Source of the DNA: Felis catus
Lineage: Eukaryota
Direction: 5' to 3'
Length of the DNA: 64,000 nucleotides
NCBI RefSeq assembly: GCF_018350175.1
Contig: NC_058379.1
Location: 15,066,001 to 15,130,000, forward strand
The position numbers and the translations under genes are program-made. The notes under the pieces are model-generated. The model searched no databases. It had not been told where the DNA came from and saw only the letters and a list, made by a program, of their open reading frames with translations. The first letter of the stretch is position 1; each line of letters begins with the position of its first letter. This document shows, one piece after another, positions 1 through 11,719 of this stretch.

Positions 1-59
1 CCAAATAGGCCAACGGGAAGGGCTTTTATGGTCCATAATATGGAAAGAGGTTCTGTCTG

Positions 60-340
60 TCTCCTCTTAGACATAAACGAGAAAGCACCGGCACCAAATG
101 GTATCCACAACCATCTTACAACTGTCTTACGATGACGGGCATCGGACTCTGGATGGCGTCTGCACTGTGGATGGCAGAGCAGAGAGAGACTAAGAATCCA
201 AGACCTCTTTGAGTAGCTTTGAATCAACCGGACCTGAAGCCCTCCTTACGTATGGTCTTCCTGTTGGAGAAGATGACGCGTTTCCTTATTGTTTTAGATG
301 GAGTTTGTCAGGGATATTCAAGGAGGTAATTTGTCAGTGT
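60..340 (+). mobile_element. Old MaLR LTR remnant (MLT1J/K-like)
   Basis: 'gatggcagagcagagagagac...gaatcaaccggacctgaagcc...tttccttattgtttt' follows the order of the MLT1J/K 3' half as recalled; highly diverged. Confidence 0.5.
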
Positions 341-1019
341 GCACAGAAAGATTTCAGTAGGTTACCCTCCGGTATGCCTGTGTTTGTATGTAATGGCTGG
401 ATATCAGTCATGAGGCAAGCAGGGCAGCAGGGCCTGTGACTGGCGTCTCAGCATCATCATGTTTCCTTTTGGCCCCACAGAGGCCTTGGAGCATTTATCT
501 TGCTACCTGCCCCCCACCCCACCCCCAGCCAGCATGGTGGTACATGGCTTCTTTCTGGCTCCATTGCAGTTGGAGTTCTCTGTGAACTTGTTCGGCAATG
601 TGGGTCTTTTAGAGGCACTTAAGCTGCCTGATAGGTTACAGAGAATTTTTTAACGGTGTCTTCCTAGGAAGGAGATTTGATCAGAAAACTGGCAGCATTT
701 GGCCTGATACATGGGCATCGGGTCCCGAATTGCAAACGTAGTGGCTACAAAGATAACAGGAAACAACTTCTACTCAATTCAAATCACAGTTCCTCTTGGG
801 ATCGTGCCCTTTATTGCTTTCAAGTCTCCCTTGTCACTCCCTTCCCCACCCTCCCCTTCCAGTTCTTGGCTGCTACTGAGGTGGGAAAAAGGCCTGTAGA
901 ACAGAATCAATAAAAAAAAGACTTCTAAGAAGGTTTTCACAGCAAGCTTATTGAGCAGTGTTGGAAAGGCTACCGGTCTTAAGTGGAGAGGCCCTGGCTT
1001 CAGAATTTGGCTCTGAACT

Positions 1020-1120
1020 TGCAGGTCATTTCACTTGGCTGAGCCTCAGTTGTACTCATCTGTGAGAATGGGTAGAATGGTATGTGCCCATGAGTCGAAT
1101 GAGATAATGCATGTGAGTGA
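1020..1120 (+). mobile_element. MIR SINE core
   Basis: 'tcatttcacttggctgagcctcagttgtactcatctgtgagaatggg...aatgagataatgcatgtga'. Confidence 0.65.
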
Positions 1121-1479
1121 GTGTGATGAGTCAGGAGATCAGAGGAGAGCTGCTTGGACAGAACAGGGGTGTGATCAGTGGATACTTCGGGCCCACATTC
1201 TTCTCCCTTTTTGGTGGTACCCATTGTTTGATTGTGGTTGAGGTTTCCTTAGTCTGGGCTGAGATTAATGGGATGTACACAACAGGGTGTTTGTGGGGTA
1301 TTGAGGAACCCCATGGCTCTAGGCAGTGGTCTCAGAGCCAGGTGTCAGGGGCATCTCTAGGCATCTTCCCAGGCCTCACAGACAACTACTGGCAGTCCTG
1401 AGGAACTCAGGGCCCACAAAAAGAAAGTATCACCACCGGTCCTCCAAATGGGGAGCAGTGAGGTGGGAATTGGCTTTAT

Positions 1480-1645
1480 AATTTGCGAGTCCTGAGTCTG
1501 AACCCTCCCCAGCCATTGATTCGCTGTGTAACCCTTAGGATAATTAGTTAACCTCTCTAAGCTCCATCGGTAAAATGGTGACAATAATAGACTTTTTACC
1601 AGAGGGTATTTGAGGGAATTGCGTGAAGCGTATGCCTGGCCCATA
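1480..1645 (+). mobile_element. MIR SINE
   Basis: 'gagtcctgagtctgaaccc...ctgtgtaaccctt...ttaacctctctaagctc...gtaaaatggtgacaataata'. Confidence 0.6.
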
Positions 1646-1819
1646 ATGCGTGTGCAAACATTACCAGCTGCGGTTTGTACTTTTATTGTTTGGAGGCTTG
1701 CTCCTTCCATCTTTCCTAAAATGCCCCAACGGCTTATTATGGAATGTGGTTGTTTCAGGAAAGCGAGGGCTTGGGAAAGATGGCGTCTTGAGGACAAACT
1801 GTCAGGATAGAATTGTGAC

Positions 1820-2460
1820 ATTTCATCACCCGCTCCTGAAAACCAGCTCAGATTCCTCCACCTCCTTCCGCCCTTACACTCAACCCATCGCTAAGCCCTG
1901 CTCTTGGTTTTCCCCTAAATGTATCCTGAACGGGGCCCGCTTCTCCATCTCCCCCGCTCCCAGCCCCGTTGGAGCCCCCGTATCTCACCTAAACCCTGGT
2001 AGCAGCCGCCTCGCTGGTCTCTGCTCCCGCTCCTGTCTCCCTGCCACCCACACCCCCTGCAGCAGCTGGAGAGGAGGCTTGAAAATGTAAATCAGAACAC
2101 ATCTTCAGCTCCTTGAAACCCTCCAGTGCCTTCTGACTGCACCTAGAATAACAGCCAACATTTCCCACGGTCTGGTGGAGAATGTTCTCTACCCGCCCCT
2201 TCAGGGTGGCTGAATTTTTCTCCTTTTTTCAGGTCTTCATTTAAATGTTGTCTGTGACCTGTTTGAGTCAGGTGCTTCCCATCCCTTCTGTCTACAGTAT
2301 TTACAGCTGGTCATCACAGACTTACTTGTGTGTTGATTCATGCAGCACCTATAAGCCTTGGGAGGGCAGTGATGCTGTCTGTCTTATTTACCACTCCGTC
2401 CTTGTACCTGGCACATAGTAGGTACTGTATAATATCTGGTCTAGTGAATGAATGCCATCA
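1820..2460 (+). mobile_element. LINE-2 3' region
   Basis: C-rich L2 body ('cgcttctccatctcc...atctcacctaaac...gaaaccctccagtgcc') ending in the L2 tail 'cctggcacatagtagg...gtgaatgaatg'. Confidence 0.65.
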
Positions 2461-2574
2461 GGCCAGTGATTCTGTTTGTCTTTCATCACTTCACGCCTTC
2501 TGAGGGGGAGAAACTCTGTATACAGGTGCTGTGAAGCTCTTAATAATTGGAATCTCACTCCAGTGTGGTAAGAG

Positions 2575-2790
2575 GCAGGAGAGCTTAGTGGTTAGTTATG
2601 CACACTCTGATGCCAGACTTTCTGGGTTCAAATCCCAGTTCTGCCCCTGTTACCTGTGTGCCCTTCAGCAAGTTACTTAGACTCTCTTTGACTCAGTCTC
2701 CCCCTTTGTCAAATGGGGATAACATCAGTATCTACTTACGGGGGCTAATTAAGGTGATCTTTGTGAAACCATTGGTACACTGTGTGTGCT
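2575..2790 (+). mobile_element. MIR SINE, near full length
   Basis: 'agcttagtggttag...ctgggttcaaatcccagttctgcc...caagttacttagactctct...aaatggggataac'. Confidence 0.8.
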
Positions 2791-2899
2791 GAGCCATGGT
2801 GGCTGCGATTACCCAATTAGCATGTGTTGAACATTTCCCTTTCTGGGTGAGTTTTACACCTTCTCTCTTTTTCTAATTTTTTGAGGTCAACGCACTATT

Positions 2900-4130
2900 T
2901 ATGTGACTCTTTGAGCATCTATTTCATGCTCTACCCTGGGAATACAGAAATGATCCCACAGATTTAGTTCCTGTTCCCATAGGGCTTACATATCAGCGGG
3001 GAATACAGGCTTCAAACACATAATCGCAGGTGAGATGAATGAACTGAAAAAGAAAGAGTGTGCAAGGGGAATACATTCCAGGGAAATGAAAACTTTGTGT
3101 GTGTATCGGGGCAGTCAAAGAAGTTCTACCCAAGAATGTAGACCTAAGCTGAAGAGAGAGCTCAAGGTAGAGTAAGATCCATTCAGGAGATAGAAGGTGC
3201 TGGGGTGGGGGGGAGGGGAGAGGATGCTGAGCAGAGGGAACAGCTTGTGCAAAGGTCCTGAGGCTGCAGAGAACATGGCACATTCACGACTAATAGGTGC
3301 AGTGACTAATAAGTACATAGCTGGATAACCTGGTTATGGAAAATAATTGCTTGAATTTTCAGGGATCTCTGCAGACAAGACCAAGAGATAAAAATTTGAA
3401 TATAAGAGCTTTATCTAGGAGGTGATTCTGAATACCAGTTGAGGAATGAGAAGGTGAGAGAGGGAAGGGAAGGAGCTAGGAAAGGATGCATAATCAAAGA
3501 AGTTACCACTGTGGGCAGGTAGGGAACTGTAGGAGCCAGTGTCAAACATGCATCTCAATTATCCTACCCCATAGATTATGGAGCTGGGGAATTTACACAC
3601 CATCTACCATTAGTCACTGTTGGAGGGCTGCTCTTGGTAGGGACCAGGGGTCCTTAATTCCCTGGCACCTCCATCCTGCCATGCATGTGAGCAAAAGTAG
3701 AGTCCAGTCACCAGAGAAAGCTGTCAAGCAAATGAGAGCAGGTGTTGGCTCTTGGAAGTTGGGCCAATATGGTGAAGGCGAGGGGACCCCGCAGGGAAGC
3801 AGTGAATCTGCTACACACCCCGACCCGCCTTGACGCTTGACACTATTGGGGTCAGGCAGGAACAGCTTGCGAAGGCCCTTGTGAGCTGTCGTGAAAGATT
3901 TTGGGTTCTGTCCTTTAGGGAGCCGCCGTTGGCTTTTAAGCTGAAGCGAGGCTTCATCAGACCTGCAACTTAGACCACTCTGGTCCTTGGGTGGAGAATG
4001 AACTGTTGTGGCCGAGGAGCAAATAGAGAATTTGGGAGGTAGTCGCGGCTCTCTGGGTCAGAGCAGGTGGAGTTGGGATGCAGAGCAAGCTGGGGAGACG
4101 TATAGGAGCCGGAATGGACCAGATTGAGTG
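2900..4130 (-). mobile_element. LINE-2 fragments (2900-3290, 3840-4130) split by an ERVL LTR
   Basis: 'gcagagggaacagcttgtgcaaaggtcctgaggc' and 'gaaggcccttgtgagctgtcgtgaaagattttgggttctgtcct' are antisense L2 landmarks. Confidence 0.6.
3345..3830 (-). mobile_element. ERVL solo LTR (LTR16/LTR33-like)
   Basis: 'ctttatctaggaggtgattc...gagagagggaagggaagg...gttaccactgtgggca' matches the reverse complement of the LTR16/33 3' end as recalled. Confidence 0.55.
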
Positions 4131-5379
4131 AAAGCCTGCATCTGAGGAAGGTGGTGGCCCTTTTCCATAATACCGTCCTTATGCTAAATTAGACACAGGT
4201 GTCTCCGAGACTTGGCAAGTGGGGCTGTAATTTTCCCAAGCCCCCCACCCTCCACCCCTTACCTGATAAAGCTCTGTCATCTGCTGCAGTCTCGCTGCCC
4301 ACTTTTCACAGCACTTCCCAGGCTGCTGGGACCAGCATAAAATGAAAAGCCCCTATTTCCCACCTTGCCAGCTTTCCTTCGGCCTGGCCCACCCTGCTGT
4401 GCCTAGCAAGGGTTGGCTGCAATGCCAGCGTCTGAACCCGCATTATTGTCAAGGAATGTGGAAGCAGCCGGGCCAGGGAGCAAGGGGCGGGGATGAGCAT
4501 TCCATTTGCCATCTGTGGCTCGAGCGAGAGCTGTGTTGATGAGATCCAGGACCGTTTCTGTGTGATCCGGAGAAATGCATTTCAACTGAGCTGGCAAGGG
4601 GGGTCGTCATCTCTAGGCTCATGTGGGTGTCCTGTGGGGTCACTGTGTTCTCTGCGTGTGGGGCTGGGATGCGGGGTATAGAAGTCTGCTTTGTCCCCAA
4701 ACCTAAGTCCTCTGTTGGGCCCTGCTGGGCACAAAATGCTGCCTTGCTCTTCTGGCGGCTGTAGAATGGTACCAGCCCTGGCTGAACACATCCTCGTTAA
4801 AAAATCACTCAATTACCATTTATCTTAAGATTTTTCCGAATCTAAAGGGGTCTTCAGGGTCATTCATTTAACAAATCTTTATTTCCGGAAAATTTCACTT
4901 TTCTTCTGAATAAAGCCTACCCCTCCTCAATTCAGTACTCTGATCACAGGGGTACCAAGAGAGCTGTGGTTGCAGTGAGGCTCGCCGTTGGCCTCTGATG
5001 AATACACCCCAGACCCAAGCTGGGCCCATTAGAATGCTCCTCTGAGGGTGTGGACTGAGAATAGAGACAGGAAAGGTAGTCCTTCGTATCTGAAATTGTA
5101 ATGTACGGAAGATGATGCATGGCTGGATGTTCTTGTTTTTTTTTTTTTTTTTTTTTGCCCAAGAGACAAAACTGTTTCGGGAGGAGAGGGGAGAGAGAGA
5201 GGAGACGATTCTTTTTGGCCCAGCTATTTCCTGTTCTTTTAGTTCCATGTAACTCCCCAATATTCCTATAATGAATTTGTCTTTTTTGCTTATGCTGGCC
5301 AAAGTGAGTGCCTTTGATGTGGAGGAGAGGGGGCTAAAAAAAGTCTCTGCCCACAGACTGGCAACGTTTTGGAGGCCTT

Positions 5380-5790
5380 TAAAGGGTTAGAGAGAAAGTT
5401 TGTTTCAACTCCCGATACTGGACATTTTTAGAGTCACCCTGAAAAGAGACCCTGTGCCCATGAGCAGCTCGTCCCCACTCCTCCCTACAGCATGGCCGAC
5501 CCAGGCCCTGGTAGCCGCTAATCTACTCTCTGCATCTGTAGATTTGCCTAGTCATATAAACGGCACCACACGCTGTGTGGCCTTTCATGTCTGCCTTCTG
5601 TCCCTTAGCGTAATGCGTTCAAGGTTCATCCGTGTCGGAGCACATATCAGAGCTTTGTTCCTTTTATCCTGAATCCTATTCTGTTGAATTGGGAGACTGC
5701 ATTGTGTTTATCCATTCATCAGATGATGGACACCTGAGTTGGGTATTGGACATTTTTGGTTATTGTGACTAGTACTGCTATGAGCATTTA
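5380..5790 (-). mobile_element. Old L1 3'UTR fragment (L1MB-ME class)
   Basis: 'ctaatctactctctgcatctgtagatttgcc...aggttcatccgtgtcgg...ttatccattcatcagatgatggacac'. Confidence 0.75.
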
Positions 5791-6250
5791 AAATAGCAGT
5801 TCAGAGCATGTCGTTCCAGTGCTGACTCTGTCATGCCTCCCAAACTCCAAATAAACGCACAGGCTCTCACCATGGCCCAGCGGGCCCCATCCAACCTGGC
5901 TGCTGCCTCCCTCTCAGACTCCTCTCTTCTCTGCTTTTCCTTGCACACACCAAGATTGGAATGTTCTGTCCCCAGGCATTCCCAGGATTCTCCTTTACTT
6001 TGCTGACATCTCTGATCAGATATCACTTCCTCAGAGAGGCTTGCTCATCCATCACTTCTGACCCTGCTGTATCCTTCTTCGTAGGATTTTCTGTAACAGA
6101 AGTTTTATTACTTATGTGCTTGCTTTTTTTCCCCCTAGAAGGTAAATTCAGTGATAGGTGGGACTTTTTCACTGCTGTATCCTCTGTGTTTGGCTCATAC
6201 TAGGAACTTAACCAATAGTTGTTGAATGAATGAATGAATGAGTGAATGAA
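5790..6250. mobile_element. LINE-2 fragments with (GAAT)n tail at about 6222-6253
   Basis: 'aatagttgttgaatgaatgaatgaatgagtgaatgaatgaa' is the L2 3' terminus; L2 body upstream. Confidence 0.7.
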
Positions 6251-6559
6251 TGAAAGAAGGAAAAGATGGGACCTTGCAGATGTCACATGAGAAGCTGAGG
6301 CCCAAAGAGGGGTGGGGCCTGGCCAAGTTTACATGGCTCATTTGCTCTCTCAACTCCAGTCCTGTGTTGCTCCTCCAAACTTTCCTTCCCTCAGATGTTT
6401 GGATGCTGGGTAGCTTGTGCTAATTCCAGTCACCATTACTTGGGACTACTTCCTACTAAACCAATTAGCAAATCAGAATCTCAAACCCTTCAGATTGGGC
6501 ACCTCTCACCATTTCCTTACTTCTCCAGCCACCCGTCCCATCATTTCCCAACACACATC

Positions 6560-6960
6560 CTACCTTTCGACCCTCCTGAAGGACTTACAGTTCCTTGAAC
6601 ACCCGGATGCTCCTTCTTGCCTCTTACCATTGCCCATGCTGTTCCCTTTGTCTGGAATACTCTTCCCACAAACCACCTACTATAGATGGCCAACTCAGAC
6701 TCATTTTCATGGCTCAGGTGGCCTTTTATACCATTAGGAAGACTTTCCTACCATGGTATTTCACCCAGACTGAGCAAGATGCCTCTCCAGTGCATATTGA
6801 AGGCCTCCATTATAACAGTATCACTCTACTGAGGTTGACTGGGTCTCCTCCATAATGTAGATGCTGTGAGTCTGCAGTGACAGGGTCATGCCTTTCAAGG
6901 TTGAGACTTTATTCCCAATCCCCTGCACAGTGCCTGGCCCAGTGAAGGCACTTGGCAACC
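6560..6960 (+). mobile_element. LINE-2 3' fragment
   Basis: 'cttacagttccttgaacac...ttgcccatgctgttccctttgtctggaatactcttccc...cagtgcctggcccagtgaaggcac'. Confidence 0.65.
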
Positions 6961-7879
6961 ATGGCTTATGTGGGTTTCTTTGTTTTGATCAAAGGAGTAG
7001 AAGTGGATGCAGCAGTGACCCATAGCTCTTCTACCTTTCAGCGTGCTTCAGCCAGTTGCCACCTGCCGGGATCCACATCTATGCCAGAACTCTGCCAGGA
7101 TTCAAACTGTCTATGAGAAGCAGTTCAGAGGGTCAAGGAATTAATACCTTCTGCTTCAAGAGCAGCCCTTAACCAGTGATTCTTGGGAGTTGATGTATAA
7201 ATACCCCAGCTCTCCTTTTCTTTGGATGGGCTATTCCATCTGAGACCTGAATGGTAAGGAGGAGGGAAAAGATGTGTTTTGCACCTGTCCTCAGGGTTCC
7301 TCATGGAGAGACAATGGGATTGGGCTCCTCTTGCCCTCTGTGGTAGCTCGCTATTTCCTCGCTTCTATACTGGTGTTTCCTCCACTTCATAAATGGACCA
7401 CTTTCACTCAATTCCTTGTCCAATCCAATGGAACTGTCACAATGCCAACACCCTCGCCGAAGGCCCCAGCATGTGTGGGTTCCTTTTTTTTCTTCAAGAC
7501 CATGATGACACCAACTGGAATGTATCAGCCAACCAAACAAGCTCATAAATGCCAATTAGTTACATTGATGAGCAATGTTTATGGGTTCCTGCAGATCAAT
7601 TCATAAATATTATAAATTGCAACAATTTCTAAATAATGCCCTGTGACTAATGGCTCTGGTTGTAGTGGATTTTATCACTCTGTTGAGTACCTAATCGTCC
7701 TCAGCATCACTGAATGTTTTTGTGACCTGCAACAACATGACAATGACTCGAAGTCCAGCAGCTCCAAGGTCAAAGAGACTGCTTTTCTAGCTTCTGTCCT
7801 AGGTGACGAGGGTTGTGGTATTTCAGTTTTTAGTGGTCTAATCTTTTGTGCATGTGCATATGTGTGTGCACATGCATAC

Positions 7880-7881
<2 letters not shown>

Positions 7882-7931
<50 letters not shown>
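7882..7931. repeat. (GT)25 microsatellite
   Basis: Uninterrupted GT dinucleotide run read directly. Confidence 0.97.
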
Positions 7932-7934
<3 letters not shown>

Positions 7935-8094
7935 GTGGTGGAAAGCTGTCCTTTTCTACCACTTAGGAAATATCATGTATTCTGGTCTTTACCTGTTATT
8001 TCAGAGGCTCATTCATTCGTTCATTCAAAAGATATTTATTTATGGAGCACTTTCTATGTGCCCCACACTCTGTGAATGCTGGGAATAGAGCGGT

Positions 8095-8430
8095 GTGTTG
8101 GTCAGGATAGGCTATGTTGTGCTGCTGTAACAAGTTAACTTTGAAATCCCGGAAGCTTCCAATGACAGAGGTGTTTTTCCTCATTCATGCTGTTCATCCA
8201 GTGTGGATCAACCAGAGATGAGCCTCCATGTAGTCACTCAGGGACCCAGGCCGATGGAACCTTGCCAGTCACTGTGGCTGGGGAGCTGATAACTAGAGAG
8301 TTACTGTACCTGCTTTTCTGTGTGTAAGCCCAGAAGTGACATGTCTCACTTCTGCACTCAGCCTATGAGCCAGAATTAGTCACTTGGTCCTAATTAACTG
8401 CAAAGGAGGCTGGGGAATGTGGAAGGAACA
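8095..8430 (-). mobile_element. MaLR LTR (MLT1J/K/L-like)
   Basis: 'gtcaggataggctatgttgtgctgctgtaacaa...cccagaagtgacatgtctcacttctgc...actgcaaaggaggctggggaatgtg'. Confidence 0.65.
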
Positions 8431-8439
8431 TTACTTAAC

Positions 8440-8875
8440 TCCTTAGCTTGTGTTGTAGCTCACATTGTAGGAGACGGTAGGGGTCAAATAAATTTATTGC
8501 ATAAATAATTGTTTAACAGTAAGTGGGGTGAAGGCTACAAAAGAGAATTTGGGATGCTATGAGAGTATGAAATAGGAGACCCAGTGCCTTCTAGATGGTC
8601 TAGGATGCTTCCTCAGGGAAGGGGTGGTGTTTCGGCTGAGACCTGAGGGTGAATAGGAGCTGGTCAGAGGGAGCGAGGGACCCCACTGTCTCACAAAGAC
8701 AGATCACCTCAGGCTGTACTCTCAGAGAACTTACAGTGTAGCTTGGGAGATGAGAAATAGAAATAATGATAATACCAGTTAGCCAGCAATGGCAGCCCAC
8801 GTGGTTGGATATGTGCTGTGTTAAGTGCTTTCTGTGCATTATCTCACTTAATCTTGCAAACATTTAGAAATGTAC
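8440..8875 (-). mobile_element. LINE-2 fragment followed by MIR fragment
   Basis: 'tcagggaaggcttc'-like L2 text at 8600-8650; MIR 'gctgtgttaagtgctttctgtgcattatctcacttaatctt' at 8815-8860. Confidence 0.55.
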
Positions 8876-9417
8876 TGCCCAGCAAGTGTCTGGGCAGGGC
8901 CTGAGCTCACGTGTGCACCTCAAGTTCATGTTCTTTACCGCTGTGTGCCACTCCCTCCAGGGTGATTGCCCAGTGACTGACCAGTCTAGCTCAGTGCTCA
9001 CTGAATGCTGGGGTATAAGAGAAGGAGCTCTCCCTTCTAAGCTGATCTTCCTCTGCCTCTCCAATAAGTCACTGAATCTCCCCAGACCTCAGTTCATCAT
9101 GAAAATGAGAGCATGTGGCTAGATCAGAGCTTTTAAAAAATGTTGTAATGTAGTGGAATATTTTAAAAAATGCAATCCAGTATTTAAAGCAGGCAGGTTA
9201 GTAACCTAGGGAAGATCCCTAAGCCTCACCCCTACATTTTCCCATCTTGTTTAACAGCCCCTGGGTCCCCCCTGGAGGGGCCTGGCATTCAGCAAGTGCT
9301 CAACATAACTACTGAACCGTCTAAAGTTACTTCCAGTCCTCAAGTCTGCTGAGTGTTCCCAGTATTATGATTAGCTGTGGCTATTCGATTATACTAATGG
9401 ACTCCCTTCTTGTCTCT

Positions 9418-9915
9418 TGTGGTAGGTAGAGTAAGGGCTCCCCCCAGTCCCCGAAGGATATCCACACCCCAATCCTGGAAACCTGTAAATATGTTACCTT
9501 ACGTGGTAAAAGAGACTTTGCAGATAAGGTAAAGTTAAGGATCTTGAATACAGAGGATTGTTTATAGATGATCTGGGTGGGCCCAATGTCATGTAACCTC
9601 AAGGGTCCTTATAAGAGGGGACAGGTAAGTCAGAGAAGATGTGGGGATGGAAGCAGAGGTCAGAGAGAGAGGTTAGAAGATGCTACACTGCTGTTTGTGA
9701 AGATGGAGAAAGGGGCCACAACCTAAGGAATGTGGGCAGTTTTTTGAGAAGCTAGTGCCTCCAGGAGGGATAAAACCCTGCTGACACCTTGAATTTAGCC
9801 CTGCCAAGTTTCATTTCGGACTTCTTCCCTCCATAACTGTCAGATAATAAGTTTGAGTTGTTTTAAGCCACTAAGTGCGTGATACTTTGTTACAGCGGCA
9901 ACAGGAAACTCCGAT
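9418..9915 (+). mobile_element. MaLR solo LTR, MLT1D-like, essentially full length
   Basis: TG start, 'aaatatgttaccttacgtggtaaaagagactttgcagat', 'gaagatggagaaaggggccacaacctaagg', 'ttgttttaagccactaagt...ttgttacagcggcaacaggaaact'. Confidence 0.85.
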
Positions 9916-9989
9916 ATCCCTCGAAACAACAACGTAACCTATACTGCAAGTTGCTTGTATCTGTGCTTAATGGCCAGACTATTAATTGT

Positions 9990-10150
9990 AGCTGCCATGT
10001 GCCAGCCACTATGCTTAGTGCTCTTCTCTTATTTAATTCTCCAAACAGCCCTGTGCGTAGAGACTGTCATGTCCATTCAGTAAAGATGAGGAAACTGGGC
10101 TCCGGAGAGGTTATAGCCCCAGCTCAAGGGCACGCAGGTGTGCATCTTTA
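9990..10150 (-). mobile_element. MIR SINE
   Basis: 'atgtgccagccactatgcttagtg...aaagatgaggaaactgggctccggagaggtta'. Confidence 0.7.
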
Positions 10151-10164
10151 TGACTGTCACTTTG

Positions 10165-11500
10165 AACAGGTAAATTGCTTATCTTTGTTTAATTAAGGCT
10201 TTTTTCCCCTGAGGGTTTATTTTATTTCTTCATTTGGAAGATGTTCTTCTTTCTTAATTTTACTTCACTTTCTGTGTTGGTGTCTGTGCGTTAGATAAAG
10301 CAGCCACCTCTCCCAGTCTTGAAGGAGTGGCCTCGTGTAGGAGGTGAACCTTCTCATTCAACCCTACCCTAGCTCTTGGTTATCTCTCAAACCTCTGTGA
10401 TTGTCCAAGTAGCCTGTTTTATTTTTATGGGTCCCAGTAGTTGAGGGTGTGCTGAGACCTGTCTGTGTCCCAAGGGCAGGAATCTTGGTCTGCACCTAGA
10501 GTCAGTCAGGCTGATTAGAAGCCAGACCCTCAGGTAGCAGCTGTTAAGGTATGCAGCATATACAGTCCCAGTAAGCCCCATGGGCCATCAGAATCAGGTG
10601 ATGTAAAGGTGTCTCCATAGTAGATGTGAATATTGGGGCCCCAGCCTAGGGTATAAAAAGCATTTCCAGAAGATACCAGCTAGTGGAGGCAGAAGGGAGA
10701 GAGCACAAAAATGATGTCCATCAGCCTCTGTTCCCTGAGAGCCCCTCCTTAGGCTCTTAGCTGTGTCCCAGACCAGTAGCCCCCAGGCCAGAGCTCCTTC
10801 ATGAGCAAGACTCAGAAAGACCTGGGGTGTGTTTGGCTGTTGTCTGTGCAGTGCTCTGAGGGTGAGAGCCTGCCAAGGAGTCTCTCTCTCTGATTGGTAT
10901 AGTCCTGTGGGACCCAGGCTGGCAAGCTCTCCTGGCCTCCAGAGTCAGGTGATAAAGGGGTGTCCCCTTGGGCAGCCAGAAATACCACATAAAAGCTCCA
11001 TCTGGGAGATACTGGGGCTCTGGAGTGTGGCAGAGGCAGAGCCGAAGACGGTGTCCCCCAGCCAGCAGGCCCCTAGGTATGTGCCAAATTAGATGTGTGG
11101 CCCTCAGGCCGCCTCTGTGAGATGAGCAAATGAGCCTCAGTCAGAAAAGTCTGGGCACCTCTCCATTGGCTTCCTGTGCGCTGGGCCTGGGGAGACGGGT
11201 CCACCAGCCAGTTCTCAGATCCCTGGAGTCTTGTGGACCTAAGGGACATCAGTTTCCAAAGCTAGATGTTGTGGGGGCTTGTCCCTCTGCTGCAGGGTCT
11301 GCAGAGTTGGGGTGCCGACATGTGCTTCAAACTCTTTGCTTCTCAGGGAGCAGCTCTGGGTTTTGAGTTCCCTCCTGAGTACGGGTAGCTGTGCTGGGGA
11401 TGGGGTTTGTGGCAATATCAGGTCCCGGCCTTTCCTAACCACCTGGATGAAGGAAGGTCTTCTCTTATTCACAGATGAGTAGGTTTTTTCCCTACAAGTG
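10165..11500 (-). mobile_element. L1 5'UTR plus adjoining ORF1-side sequence (laurasiatherian/carnivore L1 lineage), without ORF2 or 3' end
   Basis: 'cacctctcccagtcttgaaggagtggcctcgtgtagg', 'tttccaaagctagatgttgtgggggcttgtc', 'ctcagggagcagctctgggttttgagttccctcc' match the antisense 5'UTR of horse/carnivore-type L1s as recalled; a repeated monomer occurs at about 10560-10640 and 10900-11000. Confidence 0.7.
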
Positions 11501-11719
11501 AACCCACCTGTGTTCTTCAGCATACCTCTAGGCACTGCCTTCCAAGGTCTCATCCAAGAATTTGCCCCATTCCCTGGGCATCTTGGGGCTCTGCCTCTTC
11601 ACAGATTCTTTGTCCACAATCTCTCTCCATAGAGAGGGAGAGACCTATCTCTCTATCTCTAAGATTGTAGACAGCTTTATCTATCTATTGTAGATAGATC
11701 TCTCTATTTATATATATCC

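Noticed and set aside
55-135. Apparent terminal exon after 'ctgtctgtctcctcttag', encoding INEKAPAPNGIHNHLTTVLR*
   Set aside because: It lies within sequence better explained as a decayed MLT1 LTR; I recognise no protein with this C-terminus and there is no supporting upstream exon in the window.
5136-5156. Isolated T21 run as the tail of a hidden retrocopy
   Set aside because: No flanking TSD, and no recognisable SINE, L1 or mRNA body adjoining it.
6222-6253. Recurrent (GAAT)n/(ATTC)n arrays (also at about 21130, 29715, 37605, 59385, 61545)
   Set aside because: These are the ordinary 3' tails of LINE-2 elements, not a dispersed regulatory or CRISPR-like repeat system.
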